Shown in pieces: positions 1-10,440 of a DNA stretch of 64,000 nucleotides. Numbering within the stretch: position 1 is the first letter of the stretch; each line of letters starts with the position of its first letter. The stretch spans positions 6,262,001 through 6,326,000 of the forward strand of contig OX442314.1 in assembly GCA_949358305.1 (NCBI GenBank), in the 5' to 3' direction. Below the pieces are notes generated by a model that worked only from the letters and a program-made list of their open reading frames with translations, did not search any database and was not told the DNA's origin. A program made the position numbers and the translations under genes. The DNA is from Strigamia acuminata. Taxonomy: Eukaryota.

Positions 1-3000
1 GCGTGTTTAGTAATACGCGGATCAAATGGCAAAGGAACGTTTCTTCCCGTATTAAGAATCATCGGTGAACAATTTGTTGCCTCGGACTTAGCGGTGCGCA
101 TCGCAAAGGCAAAAGAATTTAAATATTTTGGCCAGTGGGAGTGAATGTCCGAGTATAAAGCTAACATCATTTTTAAAGTCCGGTTAGCCCGCTCTGTAAT
201 ATTAGCGGCAGCGTGATATGGGCTAATGTGAGCAATATCTACGTGATTCTTTTGACAAAAATCATTAAATATTGTCGACACAAATTGTTTGCCGTTGTCG
301 GAGATTATCTTTTTTGGATATCCCCAACGGTGGAAAACTTCGCTCATTTTATTAACGATGCATTCACTTGATGCAGTCGCTAGTGGGAAGACTTCAATCC
401 ATTTTGTACAATTATCAATGATTACTAAAATCCATTTTAATTGTGAACGACCGGCTGGTTTTGGTCCCATCAGGTCAATGCTTACAGTCTCCCACGGGTT
501 GGTCATGTTGTGAGGTGTATAGCTTGCCCGATGCTTTTGGTGTTGACTAGGTTTGTATTGTTGGCAATGAGTGCAACTGCGAACGTAGTTTCGAGTGTCT
601 TTGCTCATTCTAGGCCAGAAATACATCTGTTTTGCTCTATCTAGGGTTTTGCTCATGCCGGCATGTCCTGTAAGTGGGTGGCCATGGCATGCGAATAATG
701 CACGTCTCACGAGTGAGCGTGGAATTACCGCCTTAAACCCGTTGCCAGAGTCGTTTAACTCTTCCTCATCGGTCGGAGCAAAATAAATTAGCATAACACC
801 TTTATTTTCTTCCGGTTCGTCGAGAGTGTAGCCACGAATCGCATTTAACCAATGTTTATCCGTGATACGATTTTTTAATTTTTCGTCTCCTTTTAGGTAA
901 ACAAGGATTTTACTACATGCTGGATCTTTAAGTTGCGCTTCGATAATTTCGTCTCGCGTCGGCGGAACTACTTTTATGATATCTGTTAGCGCAGTGTGTA
1001 CATTTTCGTGATTACAATTGTGGACATCTATATGTCTGCAATTTTCTCTCGTACATCCTTCTTCCTCCCCCTTTTCTCCAGAATCATGAAATCTAATTGG
1101 ATTATATGATTCTGAGAAAAAATCTAAACTAAGGCCAACATTTGTAAGAAAATGTTTGCGCTCAGTTTCCGTCACTTGTAAAGATGCACACCTGTTTCCA
1201 TTCCAAGTTGGATAGAAATGGGTGATTTCCTCTGGTTCGATATAATCATAATCCGGAGTGTCTAGTGCAGACAGTGGAGCGCGTGACAATGCGTCCGCTA
1301 CTTGGTTCATTGCACCGCGTCTAAAAATAATTTTAAACGCGCCACATTGTATTTTGACGGCCCAACGACCAAACCTTCCCGATGGTTCCGGCGTACTCAT
1401 CAACCAGCTAAGGGCCTTAGCATCGGACTCGAGAGTGAAAGTCGTGTATTCAATATATGGGCGAAATCTTTCGATTGCCCATACAACGGCCAAACACTCC
1501 AATTCCGGCGTAGAATACCTTACTTCGGCCCCGTGTAACACTCGACTGGCGTACGCGACTGCTTTCGGGACCATTATTAATTTCTGTTTCTTTTCACAGA
1601 ATAATTCTACGTCTTGACAGAGTACTGCACCTAAGCCTGAATGAGAAGCATCTGTCAAAATGACAAAAGGCTTATTCATATCTGGCATGTGGAGAAGGGC
1701 TTGGTCCTTGTCACACAAGATGTCTTTGATAGTTTCGAATGCAGTTGTTTGTGGTTCATCCCACACAAACTTTGCTTGATCATGCATAATATTGGTCAAT
1801 GGACGAGCAATATTTGCGATGTTAGGAATGAATTTTCGGAAAAAATTCGCAAGTCCTACAAATCTTTGTATGTCTTTAGAACAAGTTGGTTTGGGAAAAT
1901 TCCTTACAGCCGAGACTTTGTCAGGGTCTGGAAGAAGAGATCCCTCCGAAATTAAGTGGCCTAAAAATCGTAATGATGTTCGACCAAATTTTGACTTGTC
2001 TTTATTGATAGTTAGATTCGCGGCATCCAACTTCTCAAGTACGTCTTTAATATGTAATAAATGATTTTCCCATGTGTCGGAAAAAATAATTATATCGTCT
2101 AAATAAACTAGAGCATGTTTATATAGAGAGTCACCCAATACGGTAGTCATGAGGTGTTGAAAAGAACTAGGTGCATTACAAAGACCAAATGGCAATCTCT
2201 TGAATTGAAATTTGCCTTTTGGGGTGTAAAAAGCAGTTTTGCTCTTATCCTCCTCCTCCATTTCCATTTGATGATAACCTTTAGTTAAATCAATGGATGT
2301 AAAGTACTTGGCCTGATTAGTATGGTGAATTAATAGGTCAATACTTGGCATTTGAATTGCATCAACTTCTGTGATCGCATTCAACCAGCGGTAGTCGATA
2401 CATAATCGATACTTCCCGCCGGGTTTAGCCACTATGACGGGGTGACTTATATAGGGGCCGGTGGCAGGTTCGATTAACCCATCGGCCTCTAATTCCTCGA
2501 CCAATTCCGTCATAATCGCCTTCTTGGCCGGATTGTACATTCTATACGGCTGGTGTTTCCAAGTAGCACCAGGTTTAAACTTGATGCTGTGCTTGGCAAC
2601 CTTCGTACAGCCCAATTGGTCTCGAAATACGTTTTTTAATTGCAAAAGAACGTTTACGAGTAACTGTTTTTCTTCCGCCGAACTGTTGCAGCCTTTCACG
2701 AGTTTTTCTGCCCAGTCCGGTGAAGTGGGAGTTCCTTCACCTTGGAGACCCAAAGTCTTAATGCTTGCTAAGCAACAATTAAGTTCAGTGGTCTCGTACG
2801 GGGCTGTCCATCCGGGCATGTCATCACAGGTGAACACTGCTCGTTTTGGATTTAAGTTAACTCCAGTTCTACGCATAAAGTTGTGGCCTAAAATCAACCC
2901 ACATACATTCTTGTGTAGAATTATGAAGGTCATAGGTGTAACTCTCTTTTTATCGGCCCATTTGACACAAAGACAAACTTGACCGATAGGTCGGTGATCT

Positions 3001-3596
3001 ATTCCGACTGCGCAGACACGCATTCCTCGGGGACATTCTTGTATGAATTCCACCGGAATTTCTGTGTTTGAAAGGAGTTGTACTCCAATAAAACATTGGG
3101 TGGCTCCAGAATCCATTAATGCGTTGTAATCTAAACCTCCGATTTGGATATTCATACGCGGATCATCTTTGCCACCATTAATTAATTTGCTATTGCAAAG
3201 TTTGCCAAGAAATACTTTTCGTTCTTTCTTGTTCCATTTTTCAAGTTTAAGAATTTTCCTTAACTTGAAAACTTTGGGTACAAGCGGTTTTTTTGGTGCA
3301 TACCAGCTTCCACTAAAAATACTCAAATTTTCTAGTTGGTCTGTCATGACTTTTAAATTTTCATCGACACCGCCAGTAGAGCTGCTAGTCTTTCGACAGA
3401 CAGGTACTGCTTCGTAAGAAATGACCAACGATGGTGGTTTATTCTTCGAATCATCGACATAAGGTACTGTGAGATGACTAGGCTTATGTCTTAATTTAAA
3501 TTCATCTTTTCGTGAAAATAAATCATTTGACAATTCCGAGAGGGGAAACAACTCTTTAAGCGGGGGTTGGGCAACTTGAACAACCCCCTGAATCAG
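1..3596 (-). CDS. pol: Pol polyprotein, partial (runs off window)
   Basis: Same sequence as 12435-16030. Confidence 0.92.
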   Translation of the reverse strand, partial: MIQGVVQVAQPPLKELFPLSELSNDLFSRKDEFKLRHKPSHLTVPYVDDSKNKPPSLVISYEAVPVCRKTSSSTGGVDENLKVMTDQLENLSIFSGSWYAPKKPLVPKVFKLRKILKLEKWNKKERKVFLGKLCNSKLINGGKDDPRMNIQIGGLDYNALMDSGATQCFIGVQLLSNTEIPVEFIQECPRGMRVCAVGIDHRPIGQVCLCVKWADKKRVTPMTFIILHKNVCGLILGHNFMRRTGVNLNPKRAVFTCDDMPGWTAPYETTELNCCLASIKTLGLQGEGTPTSPDWAEKLVKGCNSSAEEKQLLVNVLLQLKNVFRDQLGCTKVAKHSIKFKPGATWKHQPYRMYNPAKKAIMTELVEELEADGLIEPATGPYISHPVIVAKPGGKYRLCIDYRWLNAITEVDAIQMPSIDLLIHHTNQAKYFTSIDLTKGYHQMEMEEEDKSKTAFYTPKGKFQFKRLPFGLCNAPSSFQHLMTTVLGDSLYKHALVYLDDIIIFSDTWENHLLHIKDVLEKLDAANLTINKDKSKFGRTSLRFLGHLISEGSLLPDPDKVSAVRNFPKPTCSKDIQRFVGLANFFRKFIPNIANIARPLTNIMHDQAKFVWDEPQTTAFETIKDILCDKDQALLHMPDMNKPFVILTDASHSGLGAVLCQDVELFCEKKQKLIMVPKAVAYASRVLHGAEVRYSTPELECLAVVWAIERFRPYIEYTTFTLESDAKALSWLMSTPEPSGRFGRWAVKIQCGAFKIIFRRGAMNQVADALSRAPLSALDTPDYDYIEPEEITHFYPTWNGNRCASLQVTETERKHFLTNVGLSLDFFSESYNPIRFHDSGEKGEEEGCTRENCRHIDVHNCNHENVHTALTDIIKVVPPTRDEIIEAQLKDPACSKILVYLKGDEKLKNRITDKHWLNAIRGYTLDEPEENKGVMLIYFAPTDEEELNDSGNGFKAVIPRSLVRRALFACHGHPLTGHAGMSKTLDRAKQMYFWPRMSKDTRNYVRSCTHCQQYKPSQHQKHRASYTPHNMTNPWETVSIDLMGPKPAGRSQLKWILVIIDNCTKWIEVFPLATASSECIVNKMSEVFHRWGYPKKIISDNGKQFVSTIFNDFCQKNHVDIAHISPYHAAANITERANRTLKMMLALYSDIHSHWPKYLNSFAFAMRTAKSEATNCSPMILNTGRNVPLPFDPRITKH

Positions 3597-5650
3597 TTTT
3601 TTGTCTCGTCGGGAGTGACTGACTCAGTGGCTGCTGGTAAATGCTTAATTAACAGGTCAACCATGTTTTTCTGGAAGTCAGTAAATTTGGAGTCTAAAGT
3701 TTCTGACGTAACCCAATTTTGTTTGGGTCGTTTAAACTCGGGGTTGGGAGCAGAGTGGTTAAATCTTTTATTTGCATTTAACGAGTCTGATTTCCCTGCT
3801 AATTTTTTGGCAAGAGCGGGACATTCTCTTTTAAAATGTCCAGGCTCGTGACAGAAAAAGCATTTTCCAGTAGTCTTTTCATACTGGGCGGCAAATAATC
3901 GCTCCATTGAACCATCGTCAGTTGAGTCGTCATTCTCCGACTCGTCTTCATTTTCAACTTCATCTTGTGTTTGCGTTAAACGTAGTGAAGTTTTAGATGG
4001 AAAAATCTTAGATTTTTCGTGAAGTTTGGGAGTAGGATGATTCTCTCGATTATCATACTCCAATTTTGCTGCAAGTTGAGAACTTTCAAACTTAGAGCAA
4101 TTTGCTCCTACATATTGTAGAATGTCATCTACTGTAAAGTTACCATACATTCCTTGTGTACATAACGCCGTGAAACTTTCTTGAGTTAAATTGTCGAATA
4201 ATTGCGCACGTCCAGTTTTATCACCTGGCGGCACTTCACCTTGTTCTTGCGTATAACGCAGAAGAAAACTATAAAGTGACTCGTCGGCTCGTTGTTTTAC
4301 ATTAAGAAGTCGCCTTTCTCTTGTAAGTGGAACGAGATCGAAGCAATCGAGAAAAGAGGCTTCGAAAGTTCGCCAACTGTTAAAAGTATGGCGTTGCTTA
4401 TGGAACCAACGTTGTGCATGGCCTAATAGTCGTCCAGGTACAGCAGTGTGTACCATGTCGTCTAAAGGGATGCCTTTCCCGAGTGCGACAGCTTTGACGA
4501 TTTCAAGGAATCGCGCAACCTCTGTCTGTTTCCCGTCAAAAATAGGAATCTCGATTCCTTTCCCAAAATTCTGACTGGGATTACTCGGGCTTCGGATTTG
4601 ACCAACTAAACCCTGAATAATTTGTTTTACATTTTCGTCCGACAAATTAGAAGCAGAGTTCGAATTGGGTGTAGACCGACTTTCTTGGTCTCTGGGTGGC
4701 GGATTTGGCTCTCCTTGAAAATTTTGATGTCTATCAGGTGGCGGTGGAGAATGCGAATTATTTCGTCGGTGGAAATTATTGTTATAATTTCCCCCTCTAC
4801 CAGCGTGAGATTCGTCACTACTCGAGTTAGGATCGGAGTCACGAGGATCACCAGGAGCTCCGGGAAATCGTTGATTTCTCGGCGGAGCTCGTCCACCTTG
4901 AGAGCGGGAATTTCTATAATTCCTAAAATCTCCATCAGATTGGGTGTGAGATTGAAAATTTTGATAATTTTCATTTCTCCCCCTTGGTTGGACCGACAGA
5001 TTAGTTCGAGGCTGTGGAACTCTGAAAGAATCATTCAAATTCCCAGTGGGAGCGGGTAAAATATTATTTACAGCCGTCGTACTTGGTAAATTTCGGGAAA
5101 TTGGCGCAGAAATATTTCCTTGTCCGGAATTTCCCATTCTTTCGGCCGAATTCGATCGCCAAGAACTAGTTGGTAACTGAATCGAAGGTTGAACAGATAG
5201 TGAAGAATTTAACTGCCCATTGTCGTCACGAGCAACATTCATTCGCCATCCAGGCAATTGCTGGTAGCGATATGTGGCCGGCGAACGAGGGCCAGTTCGA
5301 TCTACAGAAACACTTCGTTCGTTGGTTACAACTACATCGGGAGTAATTACACGATTTCTCTCGTGATGATTATTCGCCGTGTATTGTTGAGCTTCACACA
5401 AAGAGGAAAACTGCGTCACTTCCAATTGGTAATGGCGACAGTAAACTTCTAAATCATGTGGGACTGATAGTGGATCCGTTCGAGAACTACCTGGGTTGGA
5501 AACGTCTCTAGGAACATTTTCTTCCCCCTGGCTTTCTAGATCAGACTCCACAATTCCTCTTGGTGTTTCACACATACCACCACGTCGTCGTGCTCCACGA
5601 TTTCCTCGTGTTCCACGAACTCTTACAGGTCTACGGGCCATAATACTCAA
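3593..5650 (-). CDS. gag: Gag of element A (first ATG at 5641)
   Basis: Low-complexity N-half, capsid-like IPIFDG..AQRWF..W..FE segment, knuckle CFFCHEPGHFKREC. Confidence 0.92.
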   Translation of the reverse strand: MSIMARRPVRVRGTRGNRGARRRGGMCETPRGIVESDLESQGEENVPRDVSNPGSSRTDPLSVPHDLEVYCRHYQLEVTQFSSLCEAQQYTANNHHERNRVITPDVVVTNERSVSVDRTGPRSPATYRYQQLPGWRMNVARDDNGQLNSSLSVQPSIQLPTSSWRSNSAERMGNSGQGNISAPISRNLPSTTAVNNILPAPTGNLNDSFRVPQPRTNLSVQPRGRNENYQNFQSHTQSDGDFRNYRNSRSQGGRAPPRNQRFPGAPGDPRDSDPNSSSDESHAGRGGNYNNNFHRRNNSHSPPPPDRHQNFQGEPNPPPRDQESRSTPNSNSASNLSDENVKQIIQGLVGQIRSPSNPSQNFGKGIEIPIFDGKQTEVARFLEIVKAVALGKGIPLDDMVHTAVPGRLLGHAQRWFHKQRHTFNSWRTFEASFLDCFDLVPLTRERRLLNVKQRADESLYSFLLRYTQEQGEVPPGDKTGRAQLFDNLTQESFTALCTQGMYGNFTVDDILQYVGANCSKFESSQLAAKLEYDNRENHPTPKLHEKSKIFPSKTSLRLTQTQDEVENEDESENDDSTDDGSMERLFAAQYEKTTGKCFFCHEPGHFKRECPALAKKLAGKSDSLNANKRFNHSAPNPEFKRPKQNWVTSETLDSKFTDFQKNMVDLLIKHLPAATESVTPDETKN

Positions 5651-6499
5651 AGAAATACACGTACAACAAGAAAAAATAAGATTTTAACTGAACTAGCGTA
5701 AATGTAACACGCTTAATATTAAACTAAGAAATAATTTGAAAAAATACAACCTTAGCTGCTGAAACTGAAGTGGCTTCGGGAAAGAACTGTCCTGTTGCGT
5801 GGTCAAGAATGGTCCAAACGGGCACTGGTCACAACGGCACAACTGGATGGTCGCACTGTCGAAAAGCAAGTGTGGCTGAATATTGGTTGTCAAACTAGCT
5901 TCCGGAAAATCTCCTTTGTCAAGACAGTCTGCTGTGATTGGCGATGTTGAAAAATTCCTGATAATTTCTAACCCGAAATTCTCAAAAATGTCACATCTGG
6001 ATGACCTACTCTGAGCTGCATCGTGAGTGGCTCACTTTGTCACATTCTTTACCTTGTCAGGGATTAAAAATCATAATTCCTAACATTGACAGAACAATAG
6101 AAAAACTGGTCAAGTTTTCAACCAGTAAAATAAAATATTTTAACTTTTTATTTTTCAGTCAGCAGAATTTCTAGTCAAATTCGTTTTTTGATCGAAATTC
6201 AAGGTTTCGAAATTTTCCAGAATATAGCCGAATATTCTGGGAAACTCAATAAAATCATAATAGATTTTTCGTAAGAGATTCGGAATTATAATGAGTTTTT
6301 CAAAATAATCCAAAAATTCGAATTCAGATATTTCCAAAAGATAATGAGAATTTTTTGAAAACAAATGGATATTTCACAGTAAATTTATAGAGAAAAATCG
6401 GAAATTTTCTAATTATAATATCTATATAAAATAATCAAGAAAATTCATTTTTTCAATTTTACACTTGATCACAGAGTTCACTTCAATAAAATGCAACCT

Positions 6500-6517
6500 A
6501 TCTCGGTAGAACCTCCA
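6500..6517 (-). promoter_or_regulatory. Primer-binding site, tRNA-Gln
   Basis: Plus strand ATCTCGGTAGAACCTCCA matches the 3' 18 nt (with CCA) of metazoan tRNA-Gln as I recall it; 2 nt from LTR end. Confidence 0.88.
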
Positions 6518-6519
6518 CG

Positions 6520-8110
6520 TGTGACGATTACCTTCTGGAGATAGCAATTGCTAAACTAAAGTGTGAACTATCTGTGTGAAAATGTAAAATATGCAAACCT
6601 GATGTTTTCTCAAAACATATAACATTTATTCCGGTTTGAACCTTATATAAATACTATGCCTACAAGTGGCTAAAATGACGATAAGTTAAACTATACAGTT
6701 ATTTGGCAAAAGCCCTGAAATAATATCATTTGAAGGCTTCAGTCAGGCAATAAGAATTTGTAACGGTCTTATTGCTGTGACGTAAAAGATGTCATCTATG
6801 AATGGCTTTGGTTTCTAAATGGTCCGGGGTTTGGTTCTAAAAAGGCGTGTAAATGGTTAGGCTGGGTGGGTTATATCCGAGAGGTGCGGTTGACTTTTCT
6901 GTATCGTCACACACATCGCATCGCAGATAATTATTGTAATCAATAATTATCGCGAGATGTAACAATGTGAGAATAAATAGTCATATTAATTCTATGGAAT
7001 TAATCATGATATTTTAGAGTCACAAACTTAACTTAAACTGTGAAAATAAGTAAAATATATTAAAATAGCGCCGAGCTATTTTTTGCCCCGAGTGCAATCA
7101 ACATCTAAGTTAGACTTAAATGTTCCGTCAAACCAATAACGAATTGAATCGAAATATCTCGCAGGAAAGGTTATCCATCGCCGGGAAATTACTCCACTCG
7201 GTCCTGGCTGGCGGGAGAGTAACCGGGAAATTACTCCGCGTCGATTACTCTGATAATGCGTCTGTGAAATATAAATACTCCACTCTAGATTCTACATTAC
7301 CAATGCGTCTGTGAATTTTACTCCACTCTAGATTCTGCACTCTACAACGGAATGTTGGCATGAAGCTGGAGGGAGTGCGTCTGTGGGTTGTACCCCACTC
7401 TAGATACTACACTTAAATGTGTCTGTGAATTACTCACTCTAGTTACTACATTTCTACAACGGAATGTTGGCATGAAGAGGCGGGCAGTGTGTCTGTGAGT
7501 CTTCTACCCACTCTAGATACTTACACTAAATACAAAGTATTTCTACAACGGATTGTCGGAACGCAGAGAAGTATAATATGTGCTCAAGTAATATCAGTAT
7601 CAAACAAAAACAGAACAAGAGCGAGCTATATCCGTTTTGCAGGGGGATATATACTCGGTGAGGAGAATAGCTGTTCAGTGATCCAATGGGATCACTGGGC
7701 AGTCAAATCCATCCAATCCCAGATCATAGGAAGTGGATACTCAGGACATAGTCTTCTACTAGGTCCACTACAGGAACTGGATACGCAGGACACATTTTGG
7801 ATTAAGTCCCTTTGACTATAATCCAAAAGGAGTCCAACTCACAGTGGGTGATGGGGGGTGACTTCACCAGGTGTAGAGTTTGCACATAATTCAATAGAAT
7901 TATGTGACAAATAAATCAACTAGTTTTTAAACATCCAAAAGTATTTAAAAGTGTCTAAAGTTGCAGTGGAATAAAATATAAATAGTAATTTATATTTTAT
8001 TCACTCAAAAATTGTCGAAATTTGAATTTACCGCTAAAACGCATCAGCGCCATCTATTGGTGAAGTAATCGTCCTATACTAACAAAGTGTATGACAGTGT
8101 AACCGTCACA
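6520..8110 (-). repeat. LTR of element A (1591 bp), shared between adjacent units
   Basis: Inverted termini TGTGACGATTAC...GTAACCGTCACA; PBS on one side, PPT on the other. Confidence 0.93.
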
Positions 8111-8120
8111 AGTCCCCCTT
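8111..8120 (-). promoter_or_regulatory. Polypurine tract (copy at 20545-20554)
   Basis: Minus strand AAGGGGGACT directly before LTR start TGTGACG. Confidence 0.8.
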
Positions 8121-8772
8121 AAATATATGTTAATACCTGTATTAACATACTATTTATTCCGAATATCTTGAGGATCAAGACCACACTGTCATCTATGGAA
8201 CTGGAGCTGTAATCCTTGGTAAGTAAAAACCTTTATTTTATATCTTAATAGTATAAATAAAGAGTATTTCTTAATCAAATGCTTCAAAAAATATTTATTA
8301 GGGTTATAAAACTTTCAATTATCAATAATAACTTCCATCTCTCTTTACAGGTGGACTTACAACTGCATCAAGAAAAAGGCGATAACTTAAACTAACATCA
8401 AACTCTTGTACCAAACAAATGATTAATAAAATTTAACAATTATTTTCACAAAACTTAACTTCTCACTGGAAATATAATGATTTGCAAAATAACACTTTAC
8501 ACGTTAAAATTCAAGTATTAAAATTAGTATTCATATAAACAAACTCACATTGACTCGTAATCAAAATTTTAACAGAATGGTTAATTTAAATATTAAAGAT
8601 CTTTGAATTATTCACAAAAAAAATGGCATAAAATACACCTAAACCTGACTAAATCTTTGTTTCATCTCGGGTCAAGCAATGGAGATGGAGAAAATGGACT
8701 CGTTACTTCTGGTCTTGCCTTGAAAAGGGAAAATATCGGGAAAGTAACGGATCCCGACATCGTTGACGCTTT

Positions 8773-10440
8773 CTAGTCCAACTCTTCATCCTCAATAAAT
8801 CCTTCCATGGATGTAACAACTTCCGAGACGGCTGCGGGTGGAGAATTAAGTTGAATAGTTACCAATTCCGGTACTATATCTGGCTCAACGTCATGGGCCA
8901 GTGGGTTCAGGAGCATTCTGTGTTGTTCCTCGGTGAATACTTCCAGGGGATCAGGCCCTCCTAACGGAATGGTGTTAGCGCTGGTTGGCTCGGAAAAAAC
9001 CAAGTGATGGTCGGGTAAGCCGGAGTGCCATCCCTCACGAATCAACGGGTGTGCTGCTGCTGAGACCTGTTGCAAAATCTTACACCAAATAAAAGAGCGA
9101 GTTTGAAAAGATTCCGGCCGGGATGGATGAAAAATCCATTGGATCACGGCCAGTGGCACGCTCAAATCTGGAATTCGGTCGTTTGAAATCGACATGCTAA
9201 TACGCTTAGCTGCTTCCAATAAAATTGGGAAATAATGTTCCACTTCTGCCTTCGTTTGTTCCGTGAGTGACATGTCTGGTCTCGGCATATATGGGTGGAC
9301 CAGTAAAATAACCGGTTCAGCGGCGTTGTTTACTTCGGGGAGCGGAATAGTCGCTACAATCATGTTGTTAGTCGATGTTCCCTCTGGAGAAGCGGCGGCT
9401 TTTGGACCAGACTCAGAGGCAACCGGCGGAGAATCCGACGCAATAACTGACGTTGGTTCGTTCGTTGGGAGTTTTTCCGCCGAGACAACCGGAGTTCCAT
9501 CAATCGCAGGGGTGGGAGTTTCCGGCTCGCGTTGTGGCTCCGTAAATCCTCCTCGTGGAGTCGAGGTGCTGGACATTTGCGCCGGGTCTACATAAATAGC
9601 CTGCTCCGGGCCCTGGTGGATGAGGCCACATTCGCGACACATCGCCCAATTGCGTGCTGTCGGCGTACTTAGCCCCTTGACGATAAATGGAAGAATTTCT
9701 TCATTCCACATGCTGGATATGGCAACGCGTTTACCACCGTGACAGTTCACGCAGACTACGGCGTGAATGCCGGATAACAAGGACGACAACCATCCGCATC
9801 CTGCGCACAATGGGCAGAACATAAGTTTCGACTTTGGCATGATGTTAGTCCCCAAGGCGGCAGCTTCCATATCTCGAAATACGTGTTCTCTTCGCTGTTT
9901 CCGGTAACTTGGCAAATTTAGCTCCGATATCGAGCGAGCCTGCGATGTTGGGCGGGTCAGCGCTTCGGATGAAGATGCCAACGTGGACTTGGTGGGTCCT
10001 TTGGGCTTGCCGGTTTTGCCTCGACTAGCGGTATCGCGAGGATTTCGTGGTCGGGCAAACTGCCTGCTGGTGGACTGAGGTGGAGCTTCTTCAACCGATT
10101 CTTCTTCTTGTGAGAAGTCATCTTGGCGTCGCCTCCTTGAAGCAGAACGGGAGTATTGTGACGAGTCGTCAGAAAAATCCCAATTCGGAGTCTCGTGGGG
10201 CGCATCATAGGTTACGACACGCTGAATAGCTTGACGGCCTCTGGAAGGACGCGAGTCGTTCGGACTGACGCCCATGGCGGTCCGAATCCGTGGCGGTACG
10301 AGATCCGGGTTATCACGAGCCCAGTTGGCGACGAGCTCGGGGTCAGAGGAGGGATTAACAAAGCGATAATCCGTCTCTTCCGACTCTTCTGGATCCCAGT
10401 GCACGTATTGTCGCTTGCTAGCGCGACCTCGGCGACTCAT
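8773..10440 (-). CDS. ORF3 of element A, 555 aa, Cys-rich accessory protein of unknown function (not Env-like)
   Basis: Long ATG ORF between pol and PPT; CPLCAGCGW..CVNC..CREC domain shared with ORF3 of element B; acceptor-like tract 5 nt before ATG. Confidence 0.88.
   Translation of the reverse strand: MSRRGRASKRQYVHWDPEESEETDYRFVNPSSDPELVANWARDNPDLVPPRIRTAMGVSPNDSRPSRGRQAIQRVVTYDAPHETPNWDFSDDSSQYSRSASRRRRQDDFSQEEESVEEAPPQSTSRQFARPRNPRDTASRGKTGKPKGPTKSTLASSSEALTRPTSQARSISELNLPSYRKQRREHVFRDMEAAALGTNIMPKSKLMFCPLCAGCGWLSSLLSGIHAVVCVNCHGGKRVAISSMWNEEILPFIVKGLSTPTARNWAMCRECGLIHQGPEQAIYVDPAQMSSTSTPRGGFTEPQREPETPTPAIDGTPVVSAEKLPTNEPTSVIASDSPPVASESGPKAAASPEGTSTNNMIVATIPLPEVNNAAEPVILLVHPYMPRPDMSLTEQTKAEVEHYFPILLEAAKRISMSISNDRIPDLSVPLAVIQWIFHPSRPESFQTRSFIWCKILQQVSAAAHPLIREGWHSGLPDHHLVFSEPTSANTIPLGGPDPLEVFTEEQHRMLLNPLAHDVEPDIVPELVTIQLNSPPAAVSEVVTSMEGFIEDEELD

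Larger units (their letters stand above)
1..6519 (-). mobile_element. Next unit of element A (PBS, gag, 5' part of pol), runs off left edge; uses LTR 6520-8110 as its 5' LTR
   Basis: Sequence and ORF track repeat at offset 12,434. Confidence 0.95.

Noticed and set aside
289..5687. Many short plus-strand ORFs over gag/pol (also 12.7-18.1 kb and 55-62 kb)
   Set aside because: Antisense shadows of long ORFs; none looks shared between A and B
6500..6517. tRNA gene
   Set aside because: Only the 3' 18 nt including CCA; it is a PBS
7245..7275. Hammerhead-like CTGATAA..GAAA
   Set aside because: Core deviates from CUGANGA and the required stems are missing
7489..7815. 108-aa antisense ORF in the LTR
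   Set aside because: GTG start, no counterpart in LTR B
8773..10440. ORF3 as env
   Set aside because: No signal peptide, fusion peptide or TM anchor visible; composition looks disordered and nuclear
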